This document shows positions 18,210 to 27,768 of a stretch of 64,000 nucleotides of DNA, one piece after another. Origin of the DNA: Anaerolineales bacterium (lineage in GTDB: Bacteria > Chloroflexota > Anaerolineae > 4572-78 > NAK82); contig CP070811.1 in NCBI GenBank assembly GCA_020343875.1, forward strand, positions 1,369,313 through 1,433,312. Direction: 5' to 3'. The stretch's first letter is position 1. Every line of letters starts with the position of its first letter. Under the pieces are notes generated by a model. The model had not been told where the DNA came from. It was given only the letters and a program-made list of their open reading frames with translations, and did not search any database. The position numbers and the translations under genes were made by a program.

Positions 18210-18611
18210 CTACTCGGCCAACCCCTCTTTCCTTTTCAACACCCGATCCACACTCTCCGCAAGATCGCCTGGACCAAATGGCTTGGTCACGTAGTCGTCC
18301 ACCTTGGCGATGTGCAGGCCTAAGACTTTGTCAATGCTTTGCGCCTTGGCCGTGACGACCACCACCGGCGTGTTCTGCAGCTCTTCGTCTGCTTTCATCT
18401 GGCGGTAGACCTCCCAACCATCCACATCGGGCATCATCAAATCGAGCAAAACCAAATCAGGCTTTTCGCGACGAATGGCATCCAGTCCCTCCTGTCCTCC
18501 CACTGCGCCCAACACCTCAAATCCCTTCCGCTCCAGAATAAGGCGGATGAGGTCGATCATCTCCGGCTCGTCTTCAATGCAAAGGATTCGTCGCTTATCG
18601 GCCATGGCCAT
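18210..18611 (-). CDS. Single-domain CheY-like response regulator
   Basis: RILCIEDEPEM...DLVLLDLMMPDVDGWEV...VVVVTAK...KPF receiver motifs. There is no output domain. Confidence 0.85.
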   Translation of the reverse strand: MAMADKRRILCIEDEPEMIDLIRLILERKGFEVLGAVGGQEGLDAIRREKPDLVLLDLMMPDVDGWEVYRQMKADEELQNTPVVVVTAKAQSIDKVLGLHIAKVDDYVTKPFGPGDLAESVDRVLKRKEGLAE

Positions 18612-18862
18612 GCTCCTCTTGGATCAAGCACACTTGTCAAGGATGATTTGAAGTGGCAACAACGGGGCCACACAGAGCAACGCTGCTCGTCGTTTTGGGT
18701 TTGCCAAAGCGCTCGGGCTAATGACTACAAGTCCAAAATTATCCCTGCTGCCACCCTAGTTTAGCACAACAATCAAAAGATGTCTAGCCGACCTACGATC
18801 GAATTAGCCGCAACCTGGGCGCCGTGCTATAATCAGTCAGACTGGCCATCGGAGCGATCACC

Positions 18863-19546
18863 TTGTTCACGCCGCTCAGCCTAAATGATCCTTTCACCCT
18901 CTTTCTTTTCGTCACAGCCACAGTGATGATGCTGGGATTCGGGGTCGGGCGTTTGACCAACCAGCGACGAGCTCGGCAAATCAGTGATTGGCTCGAACCG
19001 GGGCTGCGTTCACTGGGTGGCACGCCCACCGTTCAGCGGGTCAGTCGCAGTGCATTCCGGGTGCAGATGTTGAATGCACGCAAACCATTTCAAACTATCA
19101 CCACCAGCGTGGTGCTCATCTCGCGGGAAGTGCTGCCTACGTGGCTGTGGGAGAGGCTGAACGGTCGACACGACCTGCTGATTGTGCACATTACCTTTCG
19201 ACTTCCCCCTGACCTGGAAGCAGAAATCATTGACCCCGGCAACGAGCTGGGACGGCGGGGGGAATCTCAGGCTCAGGAGTATAATTGGCTGAGGGTGGAC
19301 CTTTCCTCCCACTGGCGGCTGTACTACGGCCCCGGGACATCCCCCTCTAGCCTGAAGGCGGCTGCGGACTACCTCGCGGTAAGCCCTTTCAGGCCCTGGC
19401 GGGTGGCGCTACGGCGCAACGCCCCGCATATGCTGCTGAGCATGCCAATGCCCATTCTAGGCCAAATTCATTCCAAGCAATTGGCGAGCATGCTTGTCAA
19501 ATTGTCCAAACTGGCTCACACTACTTCCGGAGAACGCCAATTGTGA
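18863..19546 (+). CDS. Hypothetical membrane-anchored protein
   Basis: N-terminal TM helix and no recognisable motif. Its stop overlaps the trmI GTG start (GTGA). Confidence 0.45.
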   Translation: MFTPLSLNDPFTLFLFVTATVMMLGFGVGRLTNQRRARQISDWLEPGLRSLGGTPTVQRVSRSAFRVQMLNARKPFQTITTSVVLISREVLPTWLWERLNGRHDLLIVHITFRLPPDLEAEIIDPGNELGRRGESQAQEYNWLRVDLSSHWRLYYGPGTSPSSLKAAADYLAVSPFRPWRVALRRNAPHMLLSMPMPILGQIHSKQLASMLVKLSKLAHTTSGERQL

Positions 19547-20394
19547 GCGTCGCTCAAGAAAACGACCTGGTTTTACTTATCGGCCCGCGCGGCAAAAGGT
19601 TCATGATCCGCCTCAGAGCGGGCGCCAGCCAGCACACGCACAAGGGTGTGATTCAGCACGACGCGCTCATCGGTCAGCCACTGGGCCGCCAGGTGAGATC
19701 GCACCTGGGCGAACCCTTCCTGGCTCTCGAACCCTCCACTCATGATCTGATGATGAACGTTCGCCGTCATACACAGATCATTTATCCCAAAGAGGCAGGC
19801 TACATCTTACTCAAGATGAACCTCTACAACGGCAGACAAGTCATTGAGGCTGGCAGCGGCAGCGGGGCGTTGGCGCTGGCACTCGCCCGGGCTGTTATGC
19901 CCGAAGGCCGGATATATTCTTACGAAAGCCGCCCCGACATGCAGCGCAACGCCATTCGAAACTTGCAGCGGGTAGGCCTCAGCGAGTATGTAGAATTCAA
20001 AAGCCGAGACATTGGCGAGGGCTTTGACGAAACCGACGTAGACGCCCTCTTCCTTGACGTACGCTCGCCATGGGATTATCTTGAGCAAAGCCGCCGGGCA
20101 TTGAGGGGGGGTGGATTCTTTGGGGCTCTGGTGCCAACCACCAATCAGGTCAGCAATCTGGTTGCCGGGCTGGAACGCCATCGCTTTGGCTACATCGAAG
20201 TAGAGGAGTTGCTGCTACGGCCCTACAAACCGGTCCCAGAGCGACTGCGCCCCGCCGACACCATGGTAGGACACACCGGCTATCTTATCTTTGCCCGTAA
20301 GATAGAGTTGGAAGAAATTGCAGATGAGGCAAGTCCGCCCCAAAGCGATGAAGCGAGCCCCGACGACGCCCCGACCGAGGGAATAACACCCTAA
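19543..20394 (+). CDS. trmI: tRNA (adenine58-N1)-methyltransferase TrmI (GCD14 family)
   Basis: ...KRFMIRLRAG...HTHKGVIQHDALIGQPLG...IIYPKEAGYIL...VIEAGSGSGALALALARAV SAM-binding motif. Confidence 0.8.
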   Translation: MSVAQENDLVLLIGPRGKRFMIRLRAGASQHTHKGVIQHDALIGQPLGRQVRSHLGEPFLALEPSTHDLMMNVRRHTQIIYPKEAGYILLKMNLYNGRQVIEAGSGSGALALALARAVMPEGRIYSYESRPDMQRNAIRNLQRVGLSEYVEFKSRDIGEGFDETDVDALFLDVRSPWDYLEQSRRALRGGGFFGALVPTTNQVSNLVAGLERHRFGYIEVEELLLRPYKPVPERLRPADTMVGHTGYLIFARKIELEEIADEASPPQSDEASPDDAPTEGITP

Positions 20395-20453
20395 AACAGA
20401 GCCTTTTCACATTAATGGCCTCTCCTACCCAGCACTGGGAGAAGCTTTCTGAG

Positions 20454-20493
20454 CCACCAAAGACGTCCACGCTAGGATGCCTTTGGTGGTTTT
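20454..20493 (+). terminator. Intrinsic terminator after trmI
   Basis: CCACCAAAG-N18-CTTTGGTGG followed by TTTT. Confidence 0.55.
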
Positions 20494-20508
20494 CTACGTA
20501 AATATGTA

Positions 20509-20537
20509 TTGACGTGGTCCGTTTTTGGTGATATAAT
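20509..20537 (+). promoter_or_regulatory. Sigma70-like promoter (TTGACG-17-TATAAT) of the first tetR operon
   Basis: TTGACG at 20509-20514 and TATAAT at 20532-20537. Confidence 0.6.
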
Positions 20538-20539
20538 TT

Positions 20540-20572
20540 GACTGACCGGTCAGTCTAGACCGACTAGTCAGT
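20540..20572. promoter_or_regulatory. Putative TetR operators overlapping the transcription start
   Basis: Perfect 16-bp palindrome GACTGACCGGTCAGTC (20540-20555), followed by a related half-palindromic site containing GACTAGTC (20557-20572). Confidence 0.5.
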
Positions 20573-20594
20573 TTATAAATAGGGAGGCGTTCAA

Positions 20595-21236
20595 TTGGTG
20601 GAACTAAAGGATTCCCAGACAACCCCCCAGCCCGATCGGGCTGAAGAACGGCGCCAACAGATTATGCAGGCCGCTCTGGCCTGCTTTGCCCGCAAGGGCT
20701 ACCACAAAACCACCATGGACGACATCGTGGCTGAAAGTGGCCTGAGCAAAGGAACGCTCTACTGGTATTTCAAGAACAAAGATGATCTGTTCATCTCATT
20801 AGTTAAGTCGTATTTTCTTAGCATTGGGCAAGACATTTCCGCCACCCTCGGACAGGATACAACTGCCTCTCACAAATTGCGCGTCATCACCCAAGAGACC
20901 GTGCAGTTCTTTCTGGAAACCAAAGAGTTTTTCAACGTTTTCCTTGAGTTCTGGATGCTAAGCGCCCTGAATGAAGATCTCAATCAGTTGTTCTCCAACA
21001 TGCTAATTCAATACAGAGAAGTCCTGGCCAGAGTTATCAGCCAAGGCATTGAAGCTGGCGAGTTCAAACCAGTGGACGCCCACCAACTCGCGTTCCCAGT
21101 AATGGCTGTGTACGATGGCCTGGCATTCTACGCTATGTTAATGCCTGGCGAGGTAGACATAGAGCAGGCCAGCCAGACCTTCATCGAAACGCTATTGGCT
21201 GGTCTAGCCACAGACAAGCAGGAGGGAGATCAATAA
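20595..21236 (+). CDS. TetR/AcrR family transcriptional regulator
   Basis: N-terminal HTH: AALACFARKGYHKTTMDDIVAESGLSKGTLYWYFKNKDDLF. Confidence 0.9.
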   Translation: MVELKDSQTTPQPDRAEERRQQIMQAALACFARKGYHKTTMDDIVAESGLSKGTLYWYFKNKDDLFISLVKSYFLSIGQDISATLGQDTTASHKLRVITQETVQFFLETKEFFNVFLEFWMLSALNEDLNQLFSNMLIQYREVLARVISQGIEAGEFKPVDAHQLAFPVMAVYDGLAFYAMLMPGEVDIEQASQTFIETLLAGLATDKQEGDQ

Positions 21237-21239
21237 ACC

Positions 21240-21614
21240 ATGGCGGAAATTCTGTTTTGGGTGTACCTGACCAATTCCGTGTTGTTGATCAACCATGAAA
21301 TCGACTCGGCTTATTGGCAAGAGTGGGAGCTATTCAAATTACCAGGCGGGATTACAGGTTTTCTAATCGTCCATTTTCCCGCACTCTTTCTGGTATTCTA
21401 CGGGTTAGTCCTGGTCTTCCAACGCGCTGCGGCTGGCTTGATGTTCTCGCTGGGTTTGAGCTTCGGCGGCTTGTTTGCCTTCACAATCCACACTTACTTC
21501 ATCCAAAGAGGTCGGCACGAGTTTAAGGCGCCGATTTCGCAATTCATCCTGATAGGGACACTGATTGTATCACTGATCCAGGCCGGAATCACCATCTATA
21601 TTCTGGCAGCCTAA
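21240..21614 (+). CDS. Small integral membrane protein (hypothetical, ~4 TM)
   Basis: Hydrophobic profile only. It starts 4 nt after the tetR stop. Confidence 0.5.
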   Translation: MAEILFWVYLTNSVLLINHEIDSAYWQEWELFKLPGGITGFLIVHFPALFLVFYGLVLVFQRAAAGLMFSLGLSFGGLFAFTIHTYFIQRGRHEFKAPISQFILIGTLIVSLIQAGITIYILAA

Positions 21615-21672
21615 ATGGTCACCCACACGCTCAGCTTTTCCTCTATTCAGAGGATGGGGAAGGAGAAAGGCC

Positions 21673-21987
21673 ATGATCCGGAAACGACTTTCTTCCAAGC
21701 CAGATAAAGTAATTGTAACTTTCGAGATCCCGGGCTCCGTCTGGGCCGAGCGTATCAACCTGGTAGGGGACTTCAACCACTGGAATGTCCAGAGCTTGCC
21801 ATTCCAGCAAGACCGAGCAGGAACCTGGATAATTGAGCTGGAATTGGAAGCGGGATGCGCGTATCGCTTCCGGTATCTGTTCGATGGAGAGCATTGGCGT
21901 GACGACTGGCACGCTGACAATTACATACCCAACCCCTACGGCGGTTATGACTCGATCGTGGTGGCCGTAGTCCCGCCAGAGGCCTGA
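21673..21987 (+). CDS. Stand-alone glycogen/starch-binding CBM48 (AMPK beta/isoamylase N-terminal-like) domain protein
   Basis: VTFEIPGSVWAERINLVGDFNHWNVQSLPFQQDRAGTWIIELELEAGCAYRFRYLFDGEHWRDD. Confidence 0.65.
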   Translation: MIRKRLSSKPDKVIVTFEIPGSVWAERINLVGDFNHWNVQSLPFQQDRAGTWIIELELEAGCAYRFRYLFDGEHWRDDWHADNYIPNPYGGYDSIVVAVVPPEA

Positions 21988-22054
21988 TGACCAAGCGCCG
22001 GATGGTATGCCCATCCTGGCGCGTAAACTGCGGTAGAGATTACGGAGGAATACA

Positions 22055-22330
22055 ATGGACATTGCAATGCTGATCTTGTTCGTCATTGCCGGACTGCTGA
22101 TCGGCTGGCTGGTGCCGGCGGCCTTCAAGAGCAAGCGCCCGTATGGCATGGCCTGGGACTTGCTAGCCAGTGTCGCAGCCATGCTGGTCTTTGGAGGCGC
22201 GGAGTGGTTCTGGGCACTGAGTGCCATCGGTCTTGATCACCCCGTTTGGCTCAAAATCCTCATCGCGCTGAGCGATCCGGCCTTCGGCGCAGCCATCGTG
22301 CTGTGGGTCATGCGCAGGGTGAAGGGCTAA
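22055..22330 (+). CDS. GlsB/YeaQ/YmgE-family (transglycosylase-associated) small membrane protein
   Basis: 91 aa, 3 TM, starting MDIAMLILFVIAGLLIGWLV... Confidence 0.6.
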   Translation: MDIAMLILFVIAGLLIGWLVPAAFKSKRPYGMAWDLLASVAAMLVFGGAEWFWALSAIGLDHPVWLKILIALSDPAFGAAIVLWVMRRVKG

Positions 22331-22403
22331 TACACACGGATCGATGCAACTTGCCAAGCTGGCAAAGTAAGATGGGCTTTTTTAATCGTCAGAATGCCTG
22401 CCC

Positions 22404-23561
22404 TTGAGGCACTTGCCAATGAATCTGTCCAAAACTCGCGCTGTTATGACCAAAGAGACGCGCCACATCCTGCGAGACCGGGCGACCTTCTTGATGCTAC
22501 TCTTGATCCCGGTCTTCTTGATGATCGCTTTTTCCTATTCGCTGGCTGTTGATGTCAATGAAGTGCCTATCACCCTGCTTGATGCGGATCGAAGCCCTCT
22601 CTCGCGAGAGTTCGTGGCCGTGCTGTCAAACAGCAAGGATCTGGTTGTGGGCAAAGAGGCAGAGAATTATGCCCAAGCTGAAACGTGGTTCGACCGAGGT
22701 TCGATCAAAGCGGTAGTCATCATACCGCCCAGCTTCTCCGAAAAGCTGAACGCGGGCCAAGCAGTGGAAGTCCAGGTGTTAGTTGACGGCACTGACCCCA
22801 CCACTGCACAGTTCGCCATCAACCACATTTTGAGTCGCAGCCAGTCCTTTGGGTACGAGATGGCCTTGAGGGTTTTAAGCAAGCAGGCCAGCAGCAGAGC
22901 CTTGGTTTCTATGAAGGAGCCTATCGATCTGCGAGTGCAAACCTGGTATAACCCGACGCTGAATAACGAGAAAGGGATTTTGCCAGCCATGTTGGCCCTG
23001 GCATTAAGCCTGCCTGCCGTGGCTGTGATGGGGGCCATTGTGCGTGAAAAAGAATTAGGTACCCTGGAGACCATCTTCGCCACGCCACTCAGCCGCGGCG
23101 AGTTGTTAGTAGGCAAAATCATCCCTTACATCATTAGCAGCCTGATCAGTGCTCTTTTATGTGCGGCGGCTGCCGTCTATATCTTCGAAGCGCCATTTCG
23201 GGGGAGCTTGGCCCTCTTTTTGCTGCTGGCGATGGACTTTTTCCTGCATGCTTTCAGCATGGCTTTGCTGATGTCTATTTTCCTGCCATCTCAGGCGGCG
23301 GCTTCGCTGGTAGGGTTGCTGTTCTTTCTCTTCCCAGGGTTCTTCCTGAGCGGAATCTTCTACCCCATCTCAGCCTTTCCGCCGGTCGTGCAGCACGAAG
23401 CCTCCTTTTTGCCCAGCACACCCTTTGTGGCGGTTGTGCGGGGCTTGATGATCAAGGGCCAGGGACTGGAGACGCTTTGGCGGCAGGCGGCCCTGATGTT
23501 CGGCATGGGCGTGACAATCACCTTCTTGTCAATCCTTTTGTTCAAAAAGAAGCTCAGATGA
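22404..23561 (+). CDS. ABC-2 type transporter permease
   Basis: KETRHILRDRATFLMLLLIPV N-terminus, a large extracytoplasmic loop, and a C-terminal 5-TM bundle. Exact start is uncertain (ATG 22419/22446 are possible). Confidence 0.8.
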   Translation: MRHLPMNLSKTRAVMTKETRHILRDRATFLMLLLIPVFLMIAFSYSLAVDVNEVPITLLDADRSPLSREFVAVLSNSKDLVVGKEAENYAQAETWFDRGSIKAVVIIPPSFSEKLNAGQAVEVQVLVDGTDPTTAQFAINHILSRSQSFGYEMALRVLSKQASSRALVSMKEPIDLRVQTWYNPTLNNEKGILPAMLALALSLPAVAVMGAIVREKELGTLETIFATPLSRGELLVGKIIPYIISSLISALLCAAAAVYIFEAPFRGSLALFLLLAMDFFLHAFSMALLMSIFLPSQAAASLVGLLFFLFPGFFLSGIFYPISAFPPVVQHEASFLPSTPFVAVVRGLMIKGQGLETLWRQAALMFGMGVTITFLSILLFKKKLR

Positions 23562-23622
23562 ACCAGTAGAGCGATGAAATGGAGAATGGAACGTTAGAAG
23601 AATAGGCGCATGGAAGTGAGGC

Positions 23623-24795
23623 ATGCATCTTCCGGCCTTTCAGCTATGGCTTGGACAATCACCCATGATGTACAGAATGTGGACCCTGATCCTCAAAGAG
23701 CTTATTCACCTGGCCCGCAATCCCGCCCTGGTATTTCTGGTGACGCTGGGGCCTTTGAGCGAGATGTCGATGGTTGCCTGGTCAACCGCAGCGCCTATCG
23801 AGCACTTACCGACGGCGGTCGTTGACCTAGATCGCAGCCAGGAAAGCCGGGCGTTGTTGGCTGCATTGCACAACACCGAAACCTTTGATTTTCGGCATTA
23901 CCTGGATAGCGTGGACGAGACGAAGCCTCTGGTAGAACAGGGTAGGGTTGTGGGTGCCTTGATCATCCCGGCTGGCTATGGAGATAAAGTAAGCACCCCT
24001 CTGGGCGAGACGCCGGCTCTGAGCTTCACCCTGGATGGCTCCGACCCGGTGGCAGCGCAAGCGGCGCTGGCCGCAGTAGAGGGCACGGTGCTAAGCCAGA
24101 GCCAGAAAATATTAGCCGAGTGGGTGGGAGGGCATCCCCTGGCAATGTCGCTGATACAACCCCGCTTGCGCGTTCGCTTCAACGAAGAATTGAAAAAGTC
24201 GGTCTACACCGTTCCCTCGGAGTTGGGATTGATTCTCTTCGCCATTGGGTTGATGCTGGCTTCCATGAGTATCGCCCGGGAGCGAGAACTGGGGACACTC
24301 GAGCAGTTGGCGGTAACGCCCATCCGGCGCTTTGAACTGATTGTGGCGAAAGCCATACCGGCCGTGTTACTAAGCTACGTCTCCTTTATCATGATGCTCC
24401 TGGTGGCCATGATTGCCTTTGATGTTCCCATGCGTGGCTCATGGCTGTTACTGCTGGGCTCTTCTACCATCTTTCTCTTCGTCGAGTTGAGCATTGGGCT
24501 GATGATCTCGGCTGTATCCAGCAACCAATTGCAGGCCCTGCTGGCCGCATTTATGTGGGTGATGGTCGAATTCCTTTTCTCCGGCTACGGTGTGCCGGTA
24601 GAGAATATGCCCTTGATCCTACAAAAGACAGCTAACATCTTTCCCATCTATCATTATATGATCATCTTCCGCGCCATCCTATTAAAAGGCGTCGGCTTTG
24701 ACACCGTCTGGCCACAAATGCTGGCTGGCCTGGTTATTGGCGCTGTAGTCATCCCAACCGCTGTCTGGTTCCTGGGTCGGCAGAAATGGGAGTAA
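23623..24795 (+). CDS. ABC-2 type transporter permease
   Basis: Same architecture (LILKELIHLARNPALVFLVTLGP...). Exact start is uncertain. Confidence 0.8.
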   Translation: MHLPAFQLWLGQSPMMYRMWTLILKELIHLARNPALVFLVTLGPLSEMSMVAWSTAAPIEHLPTAVVDLDRSQESRALLAALHNTETFDFRHYLDSVDETKPLVEQGRVVGALIIPAGYGDKVSTPLGETPALSFTLDGSDPVAAQAALAAVEGTVLSQSQKILAEWVGGHPLAMSLIQPRLRVRFNEELKKSVYTVPSELGLILFAIGLMLASMSIARERELGTLEQLAVTPIRRFELIVAKAIPAVLLSYVSFIMMLLVAMIAFDVPMRGSWLLLLGSSTIFLFVELSIGLMISAVSSNQLQALLAAFMWVMVEFLFSGYGVPVENMPLILQKTANIFPIYHYMIIFRAILLKGVGFDTVWPQMLAGLVIGAVVIPTAVWFLGRQKWE

Positions 24796-24977
24796 GGCTT
24801 TCATCTAGCACCAGCAGTTGCTTAAGGACTGGCTTTAGAACCGAAGGCAAGCCAACCAGTCAGTCAGCTGTCCTGCTCGCCGCCAGGGTTTTCAAAGGCT
24901 AGACGAGATACGAAGCCAACCAAGATATTGTCAACTGGCTTGAACCTTAAGAATCGCATACAGTTGGAGCTACCCTC

Positions 24978-25006
24978 TTGACAGTGTCATCTCTCAGCTA
25001 TATAAT
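24978..25006 (+). promoter_or_regulatory. Sigma70-like promoter (TTGACA-17-TATAAT) of the second tetR operon
   Basis: TTGACA at 24978-24983 and TATAAT at 25001-25006. Confidence 0.6.
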
Positions 25007-25010
25007 ATAT

Positions 25011-25046
25011 GTGAGTGGGTGCTCACTAAAATGAGCCAATGCTCAT
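25011..25046. promoter_or_regulatory. Putative TetR operators (two inverted repeats)
   Basis: GTGAG-TGGGTG-CTCAC (25011-25026) and ATGAGC-CAAT-GCTCAT (25031-25046), immediately downstream of the -10. Confidence 0.45.
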
Positions 25047-25083
25047 ATCAGCCAGTAAACGCTCAATTCTCAAGGAGTGCTGA

Positions 25084-25707
25084 ATGTCCACTGCTCAAGA
25101 CCCTATCCGCGAGCAACTGATCGGAGCCCGGCGTGTACAGATTCTCGACGCTGCCACTAGCGTCTTCGCTGAGAAGGGCTTCCACCGTGCTACCACCAAG
25201 GAGATTGCCAACGCAGCCGGTGTGTCAGAGGGAACCATCTACAACTACTTTGCCAACAAGGCCGACCTTCTGATCGGCATTATGGTCCGTCTGGCTGACT
25301 TACAGCAGTTGGGCCCAGAGCTGACGGATGGTTTGCATACCGACGTCCGGGATTTCTTTGCGGCCATCTTCCGGCATCGAATGAGCCGCGTTGAGGCAAG
25401 CCGAGAAATGATTCAAGCCATATTACCAGAAGTGCTGGTAAATACAGAGCTGCGTCAGCGTTTCTACCAACAGTTTGTACTCCAAATCGTGACACTTCTG
25501 GAGCAGTATCTGGAGGCCGAAATCGAGCTGGGGCATATACGCCCGGTGAACGTGCCGCTGACGGTACGCGCTGTGCAGAGCCTATTCGTCGGTCTGCTCA
25601 TTCTGCAAATCCTCGGCGACGAACCCCTCCGCTCAGGATGGGATGACATGCCAGAGACGCTGAGCACCCTCCTATTCGACGGTTTGAAACCTGAACAGGG
25701 AGCGTAG
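25084..25707 (+). CDS. TetR/AcrR family transcriptional regulator
   Basis: HTH: ATSVFAEKGFHRATTKEIANAAGVSEGTIYNYFANKADLL. Confidence 0.9.
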   Translation: MSTAQDPIREQLIGARRVQILDAATSVFAEKGFHRATTKEIANAAGVSEGTIYNYFANKADLLIGIMVRLADLQQLGPELTDGLHTDVRDFFAAIFRHRMSRVEASREMIQAILPEVLVNTELRQRFYQQFVLQIVTLLEQYLEAEIELGHIRPVNVPLTVRAVQSLFVGLLILQILGDEPLRSGWDDMPETLSTLLFDGLKPEQGA

Positions 25708-25711
25708 GGCG

Positions 25712-26833
25712 ATGTTTCTGCGCACCGTAGCACTCATTCGCAAAGAGTTCTTGCACATCCTGCGTGACCCGCGTACGCTATTCGTCATGTTTATGATGCC
25801 CATCATCCAGCTTACGCTACTGGGCTATGCGGCCACCACCGATATCGAACATTTGCGCACTGCCGTAGCTGACGGTGACAAGTCAGAGGCCAGCCGCGAG
25901 TTGATTGACGCTTACCGCTCTTCTAACTACTTCGACATCGCCCTCTACGTCGAATCGGAACGCCAGCTGGAATACATGGTAGATCGTGGTCTGGTAAAGG
26001 CCGGTTTGATCATCCCAGCCGGCTATGGCAATGCGGTAGCCAATGGAGACCAGGCACAAATTGCTTTCGTGATTGATGGGTCCGATCCCAGCGTCGCTAA
26101 CACGGTCTTCGCTGCTTCTCAATCTGTGGGACAGGCCCAATCTATGCGCATTTTGGAGCGAACACTGGGAATTGACCCCGACGACCTGCCCGGGGTGCAG
26201 GTACGCCCACGTGTGTGGTACAACCCGCAGATGAAAAGCGCCAACTTTATGATCCCAGGCCTTATGGGAATGGTACTCTACTTACTGACCGCGCTCTTCA
26301 CCGCGATGTCCATCGTACGTGAACGAGAGCAGGGAACCATCGAGCAGCTGATAGTGACCCCGGTGCGCCCGCTGGAGCTGATCATCGGCAAGGTTGCTCC
26401 TTACGTAGTCATCGCCTTCTTGAACGTGCTGGAAGTGCTTGCTCTGGGTGTCTTCTGGTTCGGTGTGCCCATCAAGGGTAATCTGGGACTACTGCTAGGC
26501 CTGTCGGCCTTGTTCCTGCTCACGTCGCTAGGTATCGGTATCTTCATTTCCAGCGTCTCCAACACACAACAGGAAGCCATGCTGCTCACATTTCTGACCA
26601 TGTTTCCATCCATATTCCTGGCGGGCTTCTTCTTCCCGATAGAGGCCATGCCCGGCTGGCTTCAGATCGTCACCTACATAATTCCACTGCGCTATATGCT
26701 GGTTATCATCCGTGGCATTATTCTCAAAGGAGTAGGGCTGGAGATCCTTCGCCAGCAGGTGCTCGCATTGACCATTTTCGGCGTGGTTATTATGCTGCTG
26801 GCCGCCGCCCGTTTCCGTAAAAAGCTAGAGTAA
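25712..26833 (+). CDS. ABC-2 type transporter permease
   Basis: [31 protein letters not shown]..., the same fold as the two permeases above. Confidence 0.85.
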   Translation: MFLRTVALIRKEFLHILRDPRTLFVMFMMPIIQLTLLGYAATTDIEHLRTAVADGDKSEASRELIDAYRSSNYFDIALYVESERQLEYMVDRGLVKAGLIIPAGYGNAVANGDQAQIAFVIDGSDPSVANTVFAASQSVGQAQSMRILERTLGIDPDDLPGVQVRPRVWYNPQMKSANFMIPGLMGMVLYLLTALFTAMSIVREREQGTIEQLIVTPVRPLELIIGKVAPYVVIAFLNVLEVLALGVFWFGVPIKGNLGLLLGLSALFLLTSLGIGIFISSVSNTQQEAMLLTFLTMFPSIFLAGFFFPIEAMPGWLQIVTYIIPLRYMLVIIRGIILKGVGLEILRQQVLALTIFGVVIMLLAAARFRKKLE

Positions 26834-26834
26834 C

Positions 26835-27764
26835 ATGAGGGATCAAATCGAACGCTACCGCGGTTGTCTGCTAGGCCTAGCAGCAGGCGATGCCGTAGGA
26901 ACAACCCTAGAATTCAGTCCACCGGGGTCATTCGCGCCGGTTGAAGTTATGCTAGGAGGCGGGCCGTTCCACCTGGCCCCCGGCCAATGGACCGATGACA
27001 CCTCGATGGCCCTGTGTCTGGCCAAGAGCTTGGTCGAGTGCCAAGGCTTTGACCCGGTGGACCAACTGGAACGGTATCTTCGCTGGTACCGAGAAGGCTA
27101 CCTGAGTAGTACGGGCCGCTGCTTCGACATCGGGAACACCGTACGCGAAGCGCTGTTAAGATTCGAGAGCACACGCCAACCGTATCCCGGCTCCACAGAT
27201 CCTAGGTCTGCCGGCAATGGCTCTCTTATGCGTCTGGCACCCGTGCCCTTGTTTTATGCCCGAAACCCTCAAGAAGCCGTTGCAAAATCTGGCGAGAGCT
27301 CGCGCACCACACATGGAGCAATGGCCTCGGTGGACGCCTGCCGATACCTGGGGGCGCTGCTGGTGGGAGCTGTAACCGGCCTGCCTAAAGAGGAACTGCT
27401 ATCAGATCACTTCAGCCCCATCCCTGGCTACTGGACGTTGAAACCACTGGCACCCGAAATTGACGAAATTGCGGGGGGCTCTTTCAAGCGCCGCCAACCG
27501 CCAGAAATCCAAGGTACTGGCTACGTCGTCAAATCGCTGGAGGCAGCCCTTTGGGCCTTCCACCATAGCCATTCATTTCGAGAGGGTTGTCTATTGGCTG
27601 CCAACCTGGGGAACGACGCAGACACCACGAGCGCTGTTTATGGCCAGCTAGCAGGAGCCTTCTACGGCGAGCAGGGGATACCCGAATCCTGGCGATCCAA
27701 GCTTACTCATGGTGATTTGATCGAAACTCTCGCGGAACGACTTTTCAGCTTTACAAAGGTTTAG
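26835..27764 (+). CDS. ADP-ribosylglycohydrolase family protein (DraG/ARH-like)
   Basis: [21 protein letters not shown]...[12 protein letters not shown]...[11 protein letters not shown]...[20 protein letters not shown]. It starts 2 nt after the permease stop and ends 4 nt before the ATPase start. Confidence 0.85.
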   Translation: MRDQIERYRGCLLGLAAGDAVGTTLEFSPPGSFAPVEVMLGGGPFHLAPGQWTDDTSMALCLAKSLVECQGFDPVDQLERYLRWYREGYLSSTGRCFDIGNTVREALLRFESTRQPYPGSTDPRSAGNGSLMRLAPVPLFYARNPQEAVAKSGESSRTTHGAMASVDACRYLGALLVGAVTGLPKEELLSDHFSPIPGYWTLKPLAPEIDEIAGGSFKRRQPPEIQGTGYVVKSLEAALWAFHHSHSFREGCLLAANLGNDADTTSAVYGQLAGAFYGEQGIPESWRSKLTHGDLIETLAERLFSFTKV

Positions 27765-27768
27765 CCCA

